Shown here in pieces: positions 25,181 to 39,499 of a stretch of 64,000 nt of DNA. Origin of the DNA: Octopus sinensis. Taxonomy: Eukaryota. Every line of letters begins with the position of its first letter. The stretch's first letter is position 1. The position numbers and the translations under genes were made by a program. Location: positions 56,730,001-56,794,000 of the forward strand of contig NC_042998.1 in assembly GCF_006345805.1 (NCBI RefSeq). The letters are read 5' to 3'. Below the pieces are notes generated by a model that saw only the letters and a program-made list of their open reading frames with translations, was not told the origin of the DNA and ran no database searches.

Positions 25181-26660
25181 ATGTGGCTAGATTTGGTCAG
25201 CATAAATGTTGTTATATCTTACAGTGGCATCTGTAACGAAACACGTGTCACTAAAGAATATTACAGCTGAATAAAGAAAATTTTGACCTCAGAACTCTCT
25301 GCATTCAATAAAATAGTAGCCTACAATGTGTTTGCAGTGCCAGTACTTATACCAACGTTTGGGCTGCTTGATTGGACGCTTGATAAGATCTGAGCCATTG
25401 ATGTGAAAACCCGAAAAATACTAACAAGCACACATAATTTTCATATAAACAATGATATAGAATGACTCTACCTAAAACGAAAACAAGGAGGAAGAGGCTT
25501 AACATCAATCCCAAATGCCTTTGAATGTCGCATCATATCCCTTCGGCAACATCTTTTAACCATCAAGTGTCGCAGTGTATACATTGAACAAGTTTGCACA
25601 CATGAGGCTGATAACGTCATAAGACTTGGAAGGCAGCTCCTTGAGCAACACTCTTTGTCTGATAACCTAGAATACATGCCCAAAGAAGCCGTACGACTCT
25701 ACTGCAACGTATCATCAGATGAAAGGATGAGCCTATATAAGCAGAAGACTGTGCATAGATATGTCAGTAGAAAGCTCCGTGATGATAGTAACATCGATCA
25801 TCAAAGCAGTTTATCATGGACCAATAGTCGGATTACTACCTCCCACTTTGAAGAGTATGCGGTTGCAATCCAGGAACAGGAAATATCAACCAAGTACTCG
25901 ATGCACAAAAGGGATAGAGATGCTGGAAAACCGTAAAGTGTGACAGCCGATGCAGACTTTGTGGAGTTCACACTGAAGATATCACCCCACATCATAAGCG
26001 GTTTCGAAAATACCACCACGGTATTATCTACCAATGAGACATGACGTTGTAGCTAGGACACTCTATAATGAAATCCGCCGGAAGGATAATCCCGAGGATA
26101 AAGAAATAAGAATCCGCAATATGATAGAAGCCACAGCCACTCTTAATGAAAAGTAATACTGATGGAATGTAACAGTGAAGACTTCGATAAAATGGAAGCA
26201 CAACAGACCTGATATAATGATTTGGGATAGAGAAGAGAAACTGTGCACAGTTGTGGAAATTAGCTACCCAGCGGATGTTAACATAAAGCTGAAGATGAGT
26301 GAAAAAGAGAAAACCTATACTGAACTATTGAGAAATCTGCAGTTACTCTATCCAGATTACAAGTTGAGGTTTATACCTGTAATTATTGCGGCCCTGGGAT
26401 ATGTAACATACTACCTAAATACCAGTCTTTAGAAATTAGGCTTCTCAAAACCAGAAAGGAGAAAGCTAATTCGAAGATTACAGACCCCAATCCATCACCG
26501 GAACTGTAAAAATCTGTAAAACTTTCCAGAAGTTTATCATTTAAATATACATGAGCATGTCTAGATATGCAACTATATGCATGACAATACATACATAAAA
26601 GATACAATTCTGCACATACACACACATATACACACGTACATGCATGCATACATACATACA
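25181..26660 (+). mobile_element. R4/Dong-like RLE non-LTR retrotransposon, 5'-truncated and decayed
   Basis: RT C-terminus LYLKRKQGGRGL; zinc knuckle CRLC..HIISG(F) at about 25951; RHD at 26037; HNRPDIMIWD...VVEIS.P RLE motifs; stop at about 26544; 5' junction in (TACA)n. Confidence 0.85.
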
Positions 26661-26671
26661 CAAACACACAC

Positions 26672-26708
<37 letters not shown>

Positions 26709-26711
<3 letters not shown>

Positions 26712-27048
26712 CTTACAATAACTTAGAAAGGTTTTGGCCAGTATTGGCCCAGGCCATGTCTAACTTAATAGCACCACCTGGCGAAGTCTTTCAATTCAGG
26801 ATTTGGGCACCGAGGCCCATTCGAGCAGAGAGTTATTGTTTGCGGAGACATATCCGGGTGTGGGTGGTTTGTCCGGGACTGTTTGAAGGAATTTTGTCCA
26901 AAGACTTCTTGAATTTTGTGTGGTCAGTTTCTGTTTTGACGTGTCCTGGTGTAATGTTGAAGACAGCGGGTCCAATTGAGGTGAAATAATTGTGCCGTAT
27001 TGTCGTTATGTGATGCGATTTAGATTTTTGTTGTCGACGGATGGCACG
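26709..27048 (-). mobile_element. LINE (CR1/L2-group-like) ORF2 3' end
   Basis: Minus translation [18 protein letters not shown]...FKKSLDKI...P resembles the SF...GP.LFN.LP...FK..LDK.L terminus. Confidence 0.6.
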
Positions 27049-27049
27049 T

Positions 27050-27604
<555 letters not shown>

Positions 27605-27785
27605 TATATAATATTTTAATCTTCGGATTTTTTTAATATGCTAGACCACTGGTTCTAATGATAAATATCAATTTCTACCCTAAATTAATTTCTATATATA
27701 TTAGATATATATATATATGAATATATATATAATATATATATATATTATAATATATATTATATATATTATATATATATATATATAC

Positions 27786-27816
<31 letters not shown>

Positions 27817-29894
27817 TATTATATATATATTATATATACTATATATATATATATATATATCATATATATATATATATATATATAAATTGTTATATATATA
27901 TATATATATATTATTATATATATATATATACATATATATGTATGCAACAAAATCGCGATCCCATTTTTCCTATACATTTATGCACGTACACTGCTCACAA
28001 CCTCTACTTAACCTCACTAGATTTACTTACTTCTCTTGCGTACATCAGCCACTACTGACTATTCAACAGATATCTTACAAAACACATTTTTGTCTGAAAC
28101 CTTTTTTCACACAATTTTATCGCACTGGAACTTCCTTCCTGCTCTTGATTATTCCCACTCTTTGCATCTAACCCGATCATTAAGTATATGAGCGTCTCTC
28201 AATTAAGACTTTGAACATACGTTGGGTTTTGCCTCATCTACTTTTATTAAGTAATTAAAAACATCTGCAAATTGAATAGGAAATATGTAAACTCCACTAG
28301 TCTGACGAGTTTTAAACATGAATAGAAAAATATGTCATGCTATCTCATCAACAGAATGAATGGCCTACCTGTACAAATAGGTAAAATGGCTTACAAAAGA
28401 TATGAAGAGCACAATGGTTTAAATATTCTTTCAGTTTTGTATAGATAAAGTATGCTTTCAACGTCTAAGCAACAATGCAAGCACCACACAGCTACGGTGT
28501 TCTTAATAGTAGGGTTGTTTTACACGAATAATATAATTTTAACCAGACACAACATCTATTCTTTGCTCTCTGACCACAGTAATCGAAACTGCATGCGTGT
28601 GTGTTGCTAATCTACTGGCACGTCTGCACCAATTTAGAACCTTATCAACAAGACATCATTGTTTTCACTTCTCTTCAAACATTAGAATTTTTCGAAACAC
28701 ACCCTGTATTCATGTGTGATCTTTCAATAGACACAGTGTAATTTATTCGATGATTTGTGTTGGAGTAGCGAGGGAAGAATAGCAAAGACGTGAAGCGAAC
28801 GAATAAAGCGCTGTATATTCACCCGCTTAAATGAGTATAGTTAATATACTTAATGATCAAGCTAGTTTCAAGGATTGGAGATAATCATGGGCACAAATAG
28901 ATCTAGACTACTGATAATTTCTTTAAACAACTGCTAATAGACAGTATAAATATTTTGTTTTATTGTAACTGGTAACCTTAACAATTTTTGATGAAGAAAA
29001 ATATAATCAAAGGAACGAACCTGAAATCATTACCGGTGAAAAACCTCAGCTGGTCTAAATAGTAATATGTAGGCCACCTGATCGAAGGATCTCTTGTTCG
29101 AATCCTATCACTGACGCGACATTGTGATGAGAACTGGCTTTCTCTTACTAACGAAATAGATCACACAGTCACTCGACCTGCTAGAAATTTCAGCCTAGGA
29201 ATAATGCATATGACTACATATTCCTAGATCGCTATGCCTGAATAAATGGCATTTATTTTAGGACAGGATCATTACAAAAAGCACCGACTGAGTAGGCAGT
29301 AATGTTATACCCGGCGACAGAATAAACCTACTTCGTGCCAACAAGAACGGCCCCACCGACAAGCTTCCACAAAAATTTCATCAAAGGTTTCTCTTTTGTT
29401 TAATTTGATATCGCAATTTGTGAACAATAGCATTGTTATTTTCTGATAATCAATGGCAATCGATATTTACATCCTATAACAATATAGATCGGCAAACACC
29501 ACACACACACACATACGGCCTTCTGCATTCTTTCCCTCTACCAAAGTCCACTCAACAGTTATTGGTTAAACTAAAGCTATGGTAGAGGACACTTGACTAA
29601 AATACCCCACGGCAGGTTCGAATTTAGACCACACAACGTGAAGTGAACTCCATCATAAAACCCCTTACTCATACAGCACAGATGGATCGACTCAAAGCTA
29701 CGGTAGAAGACACTCGATAGCTGCATCTGACATTACCACCGGCATTTCTATCTGTCTTATAAAAGTTATAAAGCAAGACCAGTGTTCAGTCAAACTGATT
29801 ACTTAGCCAACTGGTCAGTCAATAACTCTAAGCCAATAGACTGATAAAATGGGTATCAGACTGAAATAAGTACTGGAATCGACATAATACATTT

Positions 29895-30262
29895 ACTTCT
29901 TTGGCTTGCTTCAGTCATCGGATTGCGGCCATTCTAGAGCATCACCTCGAAGAGTTTAGTCTAATAAATTGATTATTTTATTTGATTTTACATATTATTC
30001 TGTCGTCTCCTTTTGTCGAATCATTAAGTTATGGGGACGAAAATAAACCAACATCGGTTTTCAAACGGTTGTGGGTGAAAAGCACAAACAGAAAGACACG
30101 CACACATTCATATATATATAAACACACACACATAAATACATGCATGTATATATATTTATGACGGTCTTCCACATAATTTCCATCTACCACATTCCTTTAC
30201 AAGGCATTGGTCGATTGGGGCCATGGCAAAAGATACTTGTCCAAGGTGCCGCACACTAGGGC
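29895..30262 (-). mobile_element. Old SINE family A copy
   Basis: Diverged tail, centre and head segments in the expected order. Confidence 0.6.
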
Positions 30263-30540
30263 TAACCACCCCGCCGAAAGGAAAAAAAAATAACAAAGAA
30301 CTCGAAGTTGCAGTTCTCTGACTGAACCCACGAAAATAAATAAATAATAATTAAATAATATAAAATAACGATGTATATCATTATGGATTAATATTTATAT
30401 CATCACTGACACCTGTATCTCTCCAGGAAGACATGACTAAGGTTAGATATAAGTATAATAATCAAAGAATAATATAAACTGTAAAGATGGCTTACCACTG
30501 ACAACTAGAGAATAATAAAAAAATTCCTGTGAGTAGGTTA

Positions 30541-31442
30541 TACCGGGTTTGGACAAACTAATGGAAGCATCTTAAAATTTCAAACAAATTTATTTAGATA
30601 TGGGGTAGGACCGCTTTTGGCAGTAATTATAGCTTGAATTCTACGAGGTATGGACTCATACAAAGTTTGAATTGTTTCTAAAGGAATTTTTGTCCATTCT
30701 TCAGCTAAAATAGTCTCCAGTTCTTGTAGTGATTATAGTGGAGGATATCGACTCCTTGCATGTTTTTTCTAAAATGCACCATAAATGTTCAATAATATTG
30801 AGATCTGGGGATTGTGGTGGCCAGATAAGATGTTCAATTTCACTAGAATTTTCCCCGTGCCATTCAGTAACAACTTTAGCCGTGTGAATTGGTGCATTAT
30901 CATTCTGAAAGACTGCGTTTCCCTCCGGAAACAGTTCCGCAACCATAGGATGAATTTGAACAGATAAAATGCTTAAATAGTCTTGACTATCAATTCTGCC
31001 ATGAAGGGAAGCTATTGGGCCAGCGGATTTCCAAGATATAGCCCCCCCTCCCAGATCATCACAGATCCTCCTCCACGTTTAACAGTTGGAAGAAGGCAGT
31101 CTGGGTCAAATGCTTCTTTTGGCTGTCTCCACATGTATACTCAGCCGGTTTCGGAAATGAAGGTAAAGAATGACTCGTCCGAGAAAATAATATTCTTCCG
31201 CTGCTCTAGGGACCAATTCTGTAGGTTTTTACTCCACTCTAAACGCTTTGCAACATTTGTTTTTGAAAGTAGTGGTTTTCTGATTGCAGCCTCCCGTGAA
31301 ATCCGGCATTGTGCAGCTCTCGGCGAACAGTTTTTGTGGAAACTGGGTTCTCGAGGTGGTCATTAAGCTCTGCAGTAATTTTGAGAGCTGTACTTTTGTG
31401 ATCCATTCTAACAATTTCGTTGTGTCTTGGGAAGATCATTGT
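30541..31442 (-). mobile_element. Tc1-like DD34E transposon, 5'-truncated pseudogene
   Basis: TA-CCGGGTTTGGACAAACTAATGGAA terminus; peptides VSTKTVRRELH, FSDES, FQNDNAPIHTAK, WPPQSPDLNIIEHLW; frameshifted. Confidence 0.9.
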
Positions 31443-31754
31443 GCCAATAATAATAACACACGCACTGGTTCAATACCACTTTTTTATTGTGAGTCAATTG
31501 GTTAAATGTCTAATCAACTAACTGATCGGTCTTTCGTTGAATGTGCTGGTTAAATAATCAATCGGTTGTTTGTTAGTCAAAGACCTGTCGTCGCCCTTCG
31601 CGACATTCTCAGTGACTTTCTCTCTCTACTCGAGGCCTGATCCGAGTCTGTCCAAGAATTGGTATTATTCTTGTGTGTATGTAGATGAGTGCTTCCTTAG
31701 AAGAGCAGGTAAGAGTGAGAGTAAACGAAGAGCTTGTACGTACGTACATACGTA

Positions 31755-31797
<43 letters not shown>

Positions 31798-32187
31798 TTG
31801 TGCGTGCGCATTCATAAGTGTGTGGTTGTGTGTGTAAACCCGCGCGATCGCTTGTATGTGTGTTTGTGTGTTCACTGAGTGTGTGTGCATTAGCCATCCG
31901 TGACCTCTTTACGGGTTCGGCATTTTGTTGTTCGGTATCAGATCTTCTGGAATTCGCTTGTCATTCCGCGAAGATTAATGGGGGTAGTAATATATGTGGA
32001 AGGGAGCAGGGAAGAGAGAACAGGGTAGGTGTATGCGTGTATGAGCATCTGCGTACGCGCTTGTGTGTGTTTGTGTAGGTATGTGTGCACGAGCGAGTGT
32101 GTGGCGCTGTGTGCGTGTTTGTGTGGTTGAGTCGGTTCTGTGAGTGAGTGTGTGTGCTCTTGTGTGTATGTGCGTCTGCGTACATGT

Positions 32188-32224
<37 letters not shown>

Positions 32225-32498
32225 CATGCGTGCATATATTTACCTGTGCATATATCTGTGTATGTACCTGTGTATGTGTGTGTATATGTGTGTATATGTG
32301 TGTGTATATGTGTGTGTTTATGTGTGTGTGTGTGTTTGTGGTGTGTTTGTGGTGTGTTTTTACGTTCCTGGGCGTGGGTGTGTGTTTACGAGTGTGCATG
32401 TGCGTGCCCGTCTGCGCGTGCGTGTGGTTGGGTATGGTTATGTTTAGGAATTGTTTTTAGCTATATATATTTATTTGTATGGGTTCTCTTCTATCCTA
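31443..32498. repeat. Left arm of a diverged ~1-kb inverted repeat
   Basis: GCCAATAATAATAACAC...TTTATTGTGAGTCAATTGGTT, CGGGTTCGGC and GAAGATTAATGGG blocks are mirrored at 33840-34957. Confidence 0.75.
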
Positions 32499-33240
32499 CA
32501 GTATTTGTGTGTGTTTGTGTGTGTTTGTGTGTGTATGTGTGTGTGTGTGTATGCGCACTCGTGTGCATGTGTGCGTTTGTGTGCGTGTATGTGTACTTAT
32601 TTGTATAGATTTTAATACATCCTGCTGTTATTCTAACCCTACCTTATGATAATAACATAAGGATGCCAGTGTAACTCGCACTAGATACCGGGGCAGGCAA
32701 TGGAACAGAATAGAGAATTTGTGATAAAACCAACGGAACAAACATGTGGTACGTGACATAAATTTCCAGGGGTGATGTTTGTAGAGCTAATTCTCCGTAT
32801 GGGGAATTAGGTTTAGGGAGGTCCATCAAGTCACAGTTATGTAGAATGTACCCCATCGACAAAACCGTATATATTGAAAGGAAGTGTTGTATGTACCTTT
32901 ATAAAATTCTATAAACTTTTGACCGGGGTAAAATTGTAGTATGAGGGACGAAGTGCGATTCATCTACCTCTCAGGTTTCCTTGCAGTGTAGACTTTCCAG
33001 CTGGGTTACATCCGAAGGCGCACTCCCCTCCAAATCTACGACCAGAGCCTAACGACTAATTCCCTCCAACATCATACGTCCACACACGTCCGTACACCAC
33101 AACCTCCCCGAAGCAAAAATGTTCCCGCTGGTATTACTTCCACTCACGTGATCTCCCTCACTGCATCCTTCCGGTAGGGCCCCTCAGCAGTTGACATCAC
33201 TGACCCCATACTTCCGGTTCACCTCATTCCCACAATAGGG

Positions 33241-33524
33241 AATGCGGTTTACAGCATAAGGTGCATGGAGAGTGATTGTAAGAACCGGAATACATCATAC
33301 ATTGAGGTAGACTTCTAGGAGTCTAGCGGAGAGACTATATGATCACTGGCAGGAGTATAATGACAGGTGACAGTCGTAGATACTTCATTAGCAAGTCAGA
33401 GATTAAGGCGGCATGCTGAGCCGAATATGCATTGACATTTTTCTAAACACCCGAGAGACTCGTCATTTCGATACGCGAGTCTCTTCTCATAAACGACCCA
33501 TTACCAATACTGAATAGAAAATAT
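33241..33524 (+). pseudogene. Decayed GIY-YIG endonuclease (PLE type)
   Basis: NAVYSIRC...C...YI / frameshift / TSRSLAERLYDH ... RLVISIRESLLINDPLPILN. Confidence 0.55.
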
Positions 33525-33839
33525 ACATGGTAGGTAGAAGAACCATAACGCTAATGTTACCACCCGCACAATATGCATACATGGGTGCATCCGTGTGGAT
33601 GGGCGTGCAGGTATGTGACGGTATCTTTCATCTTTTATCTTTTAGTTTTTCAATCACTTGACTGCGGCCATGCTAGGGCACCACCTTGAAGGGTTTTAGT
33701 CAAACTGATCGACCCAAGGACTTATTGCCGAACCGATAAGATACGGGGTCATAAACACACCTGATTCCAGTACACATCCATGCACGCGCGCACATGCAGG
33801 CAGGCGGGTAGGTACAAGTAGGTACAGGTAGGGTAGGAG

Positions 33840-34957
33840 TAGGATGACAGCCTGATGTAAGGAAATCCATACAAATAAATACACATCCACACATACATGC
33901 GGACGGGTACCTCCGCACGCCACACGCACATACACACAACGCATAGGTAGACATACACACTTAGGAACGTAAGAACATATCACAAGGAACGTAAAACATA
34001 CCATACACACATCCACGCATACACACACCACGCATACACACGTACGCACACAGAAAGGCACAGGCACAGACGCACGAGAACACAGAGACAAGCACGAGAA
34101 CACGTGCATCCATGCGTGCACACACATGTATACAAGAACATAAACACACACAAGAACATATACAGGTGCTTACCATTAAAAAATCTGCCACACCACACAC
34201 ATACACACACACACATACTGGAATGCACTCACATACATCTGAACGACACACTCACTTGCAGAACTGACTCAAACACACGAACATGCACACACCACACAGT
34301 CGCTCGCGTACACACAACCCGACAAACACAAACAAGCGTGCACGCTGATACTCACACACGTGCGCATACATACACCTACCCTGTTATCTCCTCCCTTCCA
34401 CCGTCCACATATGTTACTACACCCATTAATCTTCCCGGGATGACAAGCGAATCTCAGAAGATCTGAGACCGAACTGACCTCGGACAAAAAGCCGAACCCG
34501 TAAAGAGGTTACGAATGACTAATGCACACACACTCACAAACACGCAAACACGCAAATACATATACAAGTAGCTACGTGGGTTTACACACACAACTACATA
34601 CAAACACACGCGCATAAATATACACAAACGCGCATCAATATACACAAACCCTTCGTATACTCTCAACCTTACCTCCTCTTCTAAGCAAACAAACATCTAC
34701 ATACACACATATACAAGCATACATACACATAACATTGGACCAATTCCCGGACAGACCCAGAGCAGATCTTGAGGAGAAAAGGTAACTTCCTGGGAAGGTT
34801 GCGTATAGCGACGAAAGGACTTTGACTTACAAACAACGGATTGATTGTTTAACCAGCGCATTAAACAAAAGATTGATAAGCTTGTTGATTAGATATTGAA
34901 CCAACTGACTCACAATAAAGAAATGATATCGAAACATTCCGTGTTGTTGTTATTGGC
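33840..34957. repeat. Right arm of the diverged ~1-kb inverted repeat
   Basis: Reverse-complement homology to 31443-32498. Confidence 0.75.
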
Positions 34958-35134
34958 GTAACGAACCTCACAAGACGCAACATTGCTTGTATTATTAATC
35001 CACAAATAAAAAATACCTTTATCTACCAAATGCAGTGTTGAGCACTCATTCTTACTGTTCGCTCCCATCGTATAATACATACATACATACATACATACAT
35101 ACATACATACATACATACATACATACTTACATAC

Positions 35135-35297
35135 CTGAGATGATATAGATAAAACAGAACATACAAATCTGCACCTACACATACATGCAAAAATGCCCTG
35201 TTGATGTTGAAATTCCAATGAAGGAACCTTGGATCTAGGTTAGAAACCGACTCTTTCTCTATTGGCAAGAAATCTTGAAATAAATCTGAATAATCAC
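35135..35297 (+). mobile_element. R4/Dong-like element, 3' UTR-only copy
   Basis: GTTGATGTTGAAATTCCAATGAAGG...GAAATCTTGAAATAAATCTGAATAATCAC between (TACA)n tracts; matches 36345 and 57992 copies. Confidence 0.8.
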
Positions 35298-36344
35298 ATA
35301 CATACATAGATAGGTAGATAGAAAGATAGATAGATACATAGATACATACATACATAGATACATACATACATACATACATACATACATACATACATACATA
35401 CATACATACATAATACATACATATACACAGGCACACGTTATACGAAGTTGATAGCAAAAAAATCTTTAAAAAAAACACAAATGAACAAATGGAAGGCGTT
35501 CACATTGCGTGGTTTCTTACTTAAATTTGAACCTTCTTGCTACTTTATCCCACTCTTGAAAACAGAAAGTCATCTGTTAAGTTACCCAAAATTTGCTTTG
35601 CGTGCTGATGTGTTTGTTCCTGCTATATTTTATAAATTATGTGACAATTTAAAAAAAATCATAAATTACAATAAATAAAAATAAATAAAATTCACTATTC
35701 ATATCAACCAATCATATCGCATGAGCATAAATCAGTATCATTAGATATTTAACTAAGGATTATAAAAAGGGTAGAAGAAAAGAAATGAGTTGTTTTATAG
35801 AATTATAATGATTTCAAGTTATACTGAAATTCTTTTAAAAAACCATAATGAATCAACGTGACAAAAATGTAACTGCCATGCAAAAGTCAAGTGAGGCACC
35901 TCCCCACCACGAGCTCGTGCGCTCACACGCACATAAACACACACGATTATGGAAAATATGGAAAGAATATTAAGTATTTCTCTGATAATGTCAAAGCGTC
36001 ACTCGTCATCTTGCAAGCCACTGTCCAACAAAAAGTGTTGTTAAAATGAAGAACCCGAACAAGTAAAATACTTGTTTCTTCTCATGGGTCTTTTTATTTG
36101 TTATCTTTTATACTTGTTTCAGTCATTGGACTGCGGCCATGCTGGGGCACCACCATGACAAGTTTTAGTCCTTTTCTTTTTGAAGACTGCTACTTATTCT
36201 ATCGATCCCTTATGCTGAACTGCTTAATTGCATGGCCTTAAATAATCAGTATTGGTTGTCGAGCAGTGGGGTGTCTGTGGCAAACACAGACAGAAGGACA
36301 CGGGTACGTAGACACACACACGCACAAACATTATATGTATGTAT

Positions 36345-37108
36345 GTTATTATTCAGTTTATTTCAAGATTTCTTCCCAATAGAGAAAGAACCGGTTTCTA
36401 ACCGAGATCCAAGGCTCCTTCATTGGAATTTCAACATCAACAACAGAATATTTTTGTATGTATGTATGTATGTATGTATGTATGTATGTATGTATGTATG
36501 TATGTATGCATGTACGTGTGTATATGTGTGTGTATGTGCATATTTGTATTCTTTATGTATGTATTCTCATGCATATAATCGCATATCTAGACATGCTCAT
36601 AAATATTTAAAGGATAAACTTCTGGAAAGTTTTACAGATTTTTACAGTTCCGGTGATGGATTGGATCTGTAGTCTTCGAATTAGCTTTCTCCTTTCTGGT
36701 TTTGAGAAGCCTAATTTCTCAAGATTGGTATTTAGACAGTGTGTTACATATCCCAGGGCCGCAATAATTACAGGTATAAATCTGAACTCGTAATCTGGAT
36801 AGAGTAACTGCAGATTTCTCAATAGTTCAGCACAGGTGTTGTATTTTTGATTGATCTTCAGCTTTATGTTAACATCCGCCGGGCAGCTAATTTCTACAAC
36901 TGTGCACAGTTTCTCTTCTCTATCCCAAATCATTATATCAAGTCTGTTGTGCTTACATTTTATCGAGGTCTTCACTGGTACACTCCAACAGTATTCCTTT
37001 TTATTATAAGTGGCTATGGCTTCTACCATATTTCTTCGTCCTCGGGATTATCTTTCCGGCGATTTCATTATAGTGTCTTAGCTACAACGTCATGTCTCAT
37101 CGTTAGAT
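36345..37108 (-). mobile_element. R4/Dong-like RLE element, 5'-truncated
   Basis: RHD then KHNRLDIMIWDREEKLCTVVEISCPADVN...KICKTFQKF and full 3' UTR; both junctions in TACA repeats. Confidence 0.9.
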
Positions 37109-37289
37109 GTGTATGTATGTATGTATGTATGTATGTATGTATGTATGTATGTATGTATGTATGTATGTATGTATGTATGGCTCTTCTGTATTTAATCATT
37201 TAAATTCTTCCTCTGAAGAAGGAGTTGGTTTCTAACAAAGATACAAAGCTCCATCGATGGAATGAAGATAACAAGATTTTCCAGACCCG

Positions 37290-37795
37290 TCCCTTAGGCT
37301 TTTTCTCACAAAACTAAGTGCACCATTATTGGTATGAATGTAAATTTGTAATCCGAATATAGAAGCTGGAGATTTCGAAGCAGTTCTTCAAAGTTATCTT
37401 CTATCATTTCGATTTTCAAAGAGATATTCACATCAGCGGGGCAGCTGACCTGTATGACGGTACATACTTTTTCTTGTAACCCCAAATAACAATATCTGGC
37501 CTGTTATGCTTACGCTTGACAGATGTTTAGATGGTAATATTCCACCAGTATTCCTTGCGTTGATCTTTGTGTATGTCTTCAATAACAAGGGGATTCTCTG
37601 TATTTATTCCAGGACAGCCTTTTTGCCGAATGACATTGTATATTGTTTTCACGACAACGCCATGTCTTATAAGGACATTTATGAGCAGCTGCTATAATTA
37701 CAAGCTTCATGTTTCACCTCCTATCAGTAGACGAGCCAACGTAATCTACGTGTGCATTACGTTAACATCACCTAACATTACAATGATGTGAGACA
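37290..37795 (-). mobile_element. Older R4/Dong-like subfamily fragment
   Basis: RHGVVVKTIYNVIRQK and VCTVIQVSCPADVNISLKI...LLRNLQLLYSDYKFTFIPI. Confidence 0.7.
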
Positions 37796-38730
37796 TCCCA
37801 AGAAACTTCTCCAGGCCTCGGAAAAAAAAAAACAGACTGTCCAGTTCCCGAGGGAGCATAGACAACTACCAGCCTGAAAACCTTACCCCTGCTTAGCGTT
37901 AAGTCAAGGACGAACAACCTACCTTCCGGGTCGATGAAGATAGTTCTTGATTCTAAATCCAGGTTTTTCTGAGCAGTACAGCAACGACAATATTTGACTG
38001 GTACTTTAATTTATAGCCCCCACCCCATTAAGATGAAACGGGATTTGAACTTAGAAGGTAAAGAGCCTGAACAAATACCACAAAGGCATTTTGTCTTATA
38101 CTCTAATGATTCTGTCATCCACCAGCTTTGAAAATCATTAATATTGATTTCTAACATTAGCACAAGTTCATTCATTTAGTAGGGTGAGCGATATAACCGA
38201 TTCAATCAATCTCAGTATTTGATGGTACTTCATTTTATCGATTTCATAAGGATGAAAGGATAAAATGACCTTGGCGGAATTCGAACTCGGGGCAAATGTA
38301 AAGAACCATAACTAAAATCTTCAGGCATTTTGTTTGATGCCAACAATCGTCCATCAGTAATAATTTATATTCATAGCAGAAGATATATTGAGCTACGTCA
38401 TTCTTTATGCAGAATAATCAGTATCAATTTCTAGTATAGCTACGGTTCTGCATTATTAGAGAAAAATATAATTAAAGGTAAAAATTATGCATAAGGATAA
38501 TTTTGATTGAATGGATAGATTGTGATCATTTGTAGAAAGAAGGAAAATGTTTAACACCATAACAAATAAATTAAGCGTGAAGATGATGACGCTGTATTTG
38601 TGAGATGTATAAAATTATATTACCGTAAATAAAATATATACGTAATGAGCTCTAATCATTTTTACTTAAATAATAATTTGATATGACTTAAACATACACT
38701 CATATATTTACAAATACAAGCACACGTAGC

Positions 38731-38788
<58 letters not shown>

Positions 38789-38818
38789 TACACACACACA
38801 CACACACCTTCATACACA

Positions 38819-39125
38819 TACGAGTGTAGACTGAAGGGCTTATAGGCTGACCAAAATACTCTCATCGAATGTGACCAAATGAGGCTTGTTTTCAAAATAG
38901 TCCCCCTTGCAGTTCACACGCTTCTTCTATCGGTGTTGCAGTACTTTGATCCCACCGATAAAGAAGCTTTCATCCTGCTGCTCAAAAAGTCATCAACACC
39001 AGATAAAACTTCATAACCACAGCGATACTGATGGTGACAAATCAGTTCAAAACCACATTTACGCACAGCAGCCATTGAAACGAAGGACTTGTATGTTGGA
39101 GTATTGTCCTGATGAAACAAAACTT
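38819..39125 (-). mobile_element. Mariner 3' fragment with TIR, same family as 44392-45621
   Basis: TA-CGAGTGTAGACTGAAGGGCTTATAGGCTGACC terminus; peptide FHQDNTPTYKSFVSMAAVRKCGFELI. Confidence 0.75.
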
Positions 39126-39234
39126 CTGTCAGCTTTTCTGGGTGTTTGGTCTTGATAATCTTTCGTAACTACCACAGCAAGTTGGCATAGTACTCGACAT
39201 TGATGTGATACATTTGAAGTTAATCAACAAACAC

Positions 39235-39480
39235 AATGCCTCAGACTCAACATGGAGACCTACATCAAGTACCTAAATGAGGTAGTGCTGCCCTGGGTGA
39301 AGAGGGTGACTGCTGGAAGACACTATGTCTGGCAACAGGACTCTGCACCATGCCACACAATCAAGAGAACTCAGTCATAGCTGTCAGACAATTTCTGCGA
39401 CCACAGCCCCCCTAACATCTGGCCACCTAACTTCCAGTCTGCAACCCCTTGATTATTATGTGAGCGAGAGACCAACAAAA
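39235..39480 (+). pseudogene. maT-like (DD37D-type) transposase fragment
   Basis: LPWVKRVTAGRHYVWQQDSAPCHT...IWPPN...CNPLDYYV; D-to-D spacing about 37 after allowing a frameshift. Confidence 0.7.
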
Positions 39481-39499
39481 ATCCTTGCCGTGGGAGCAA

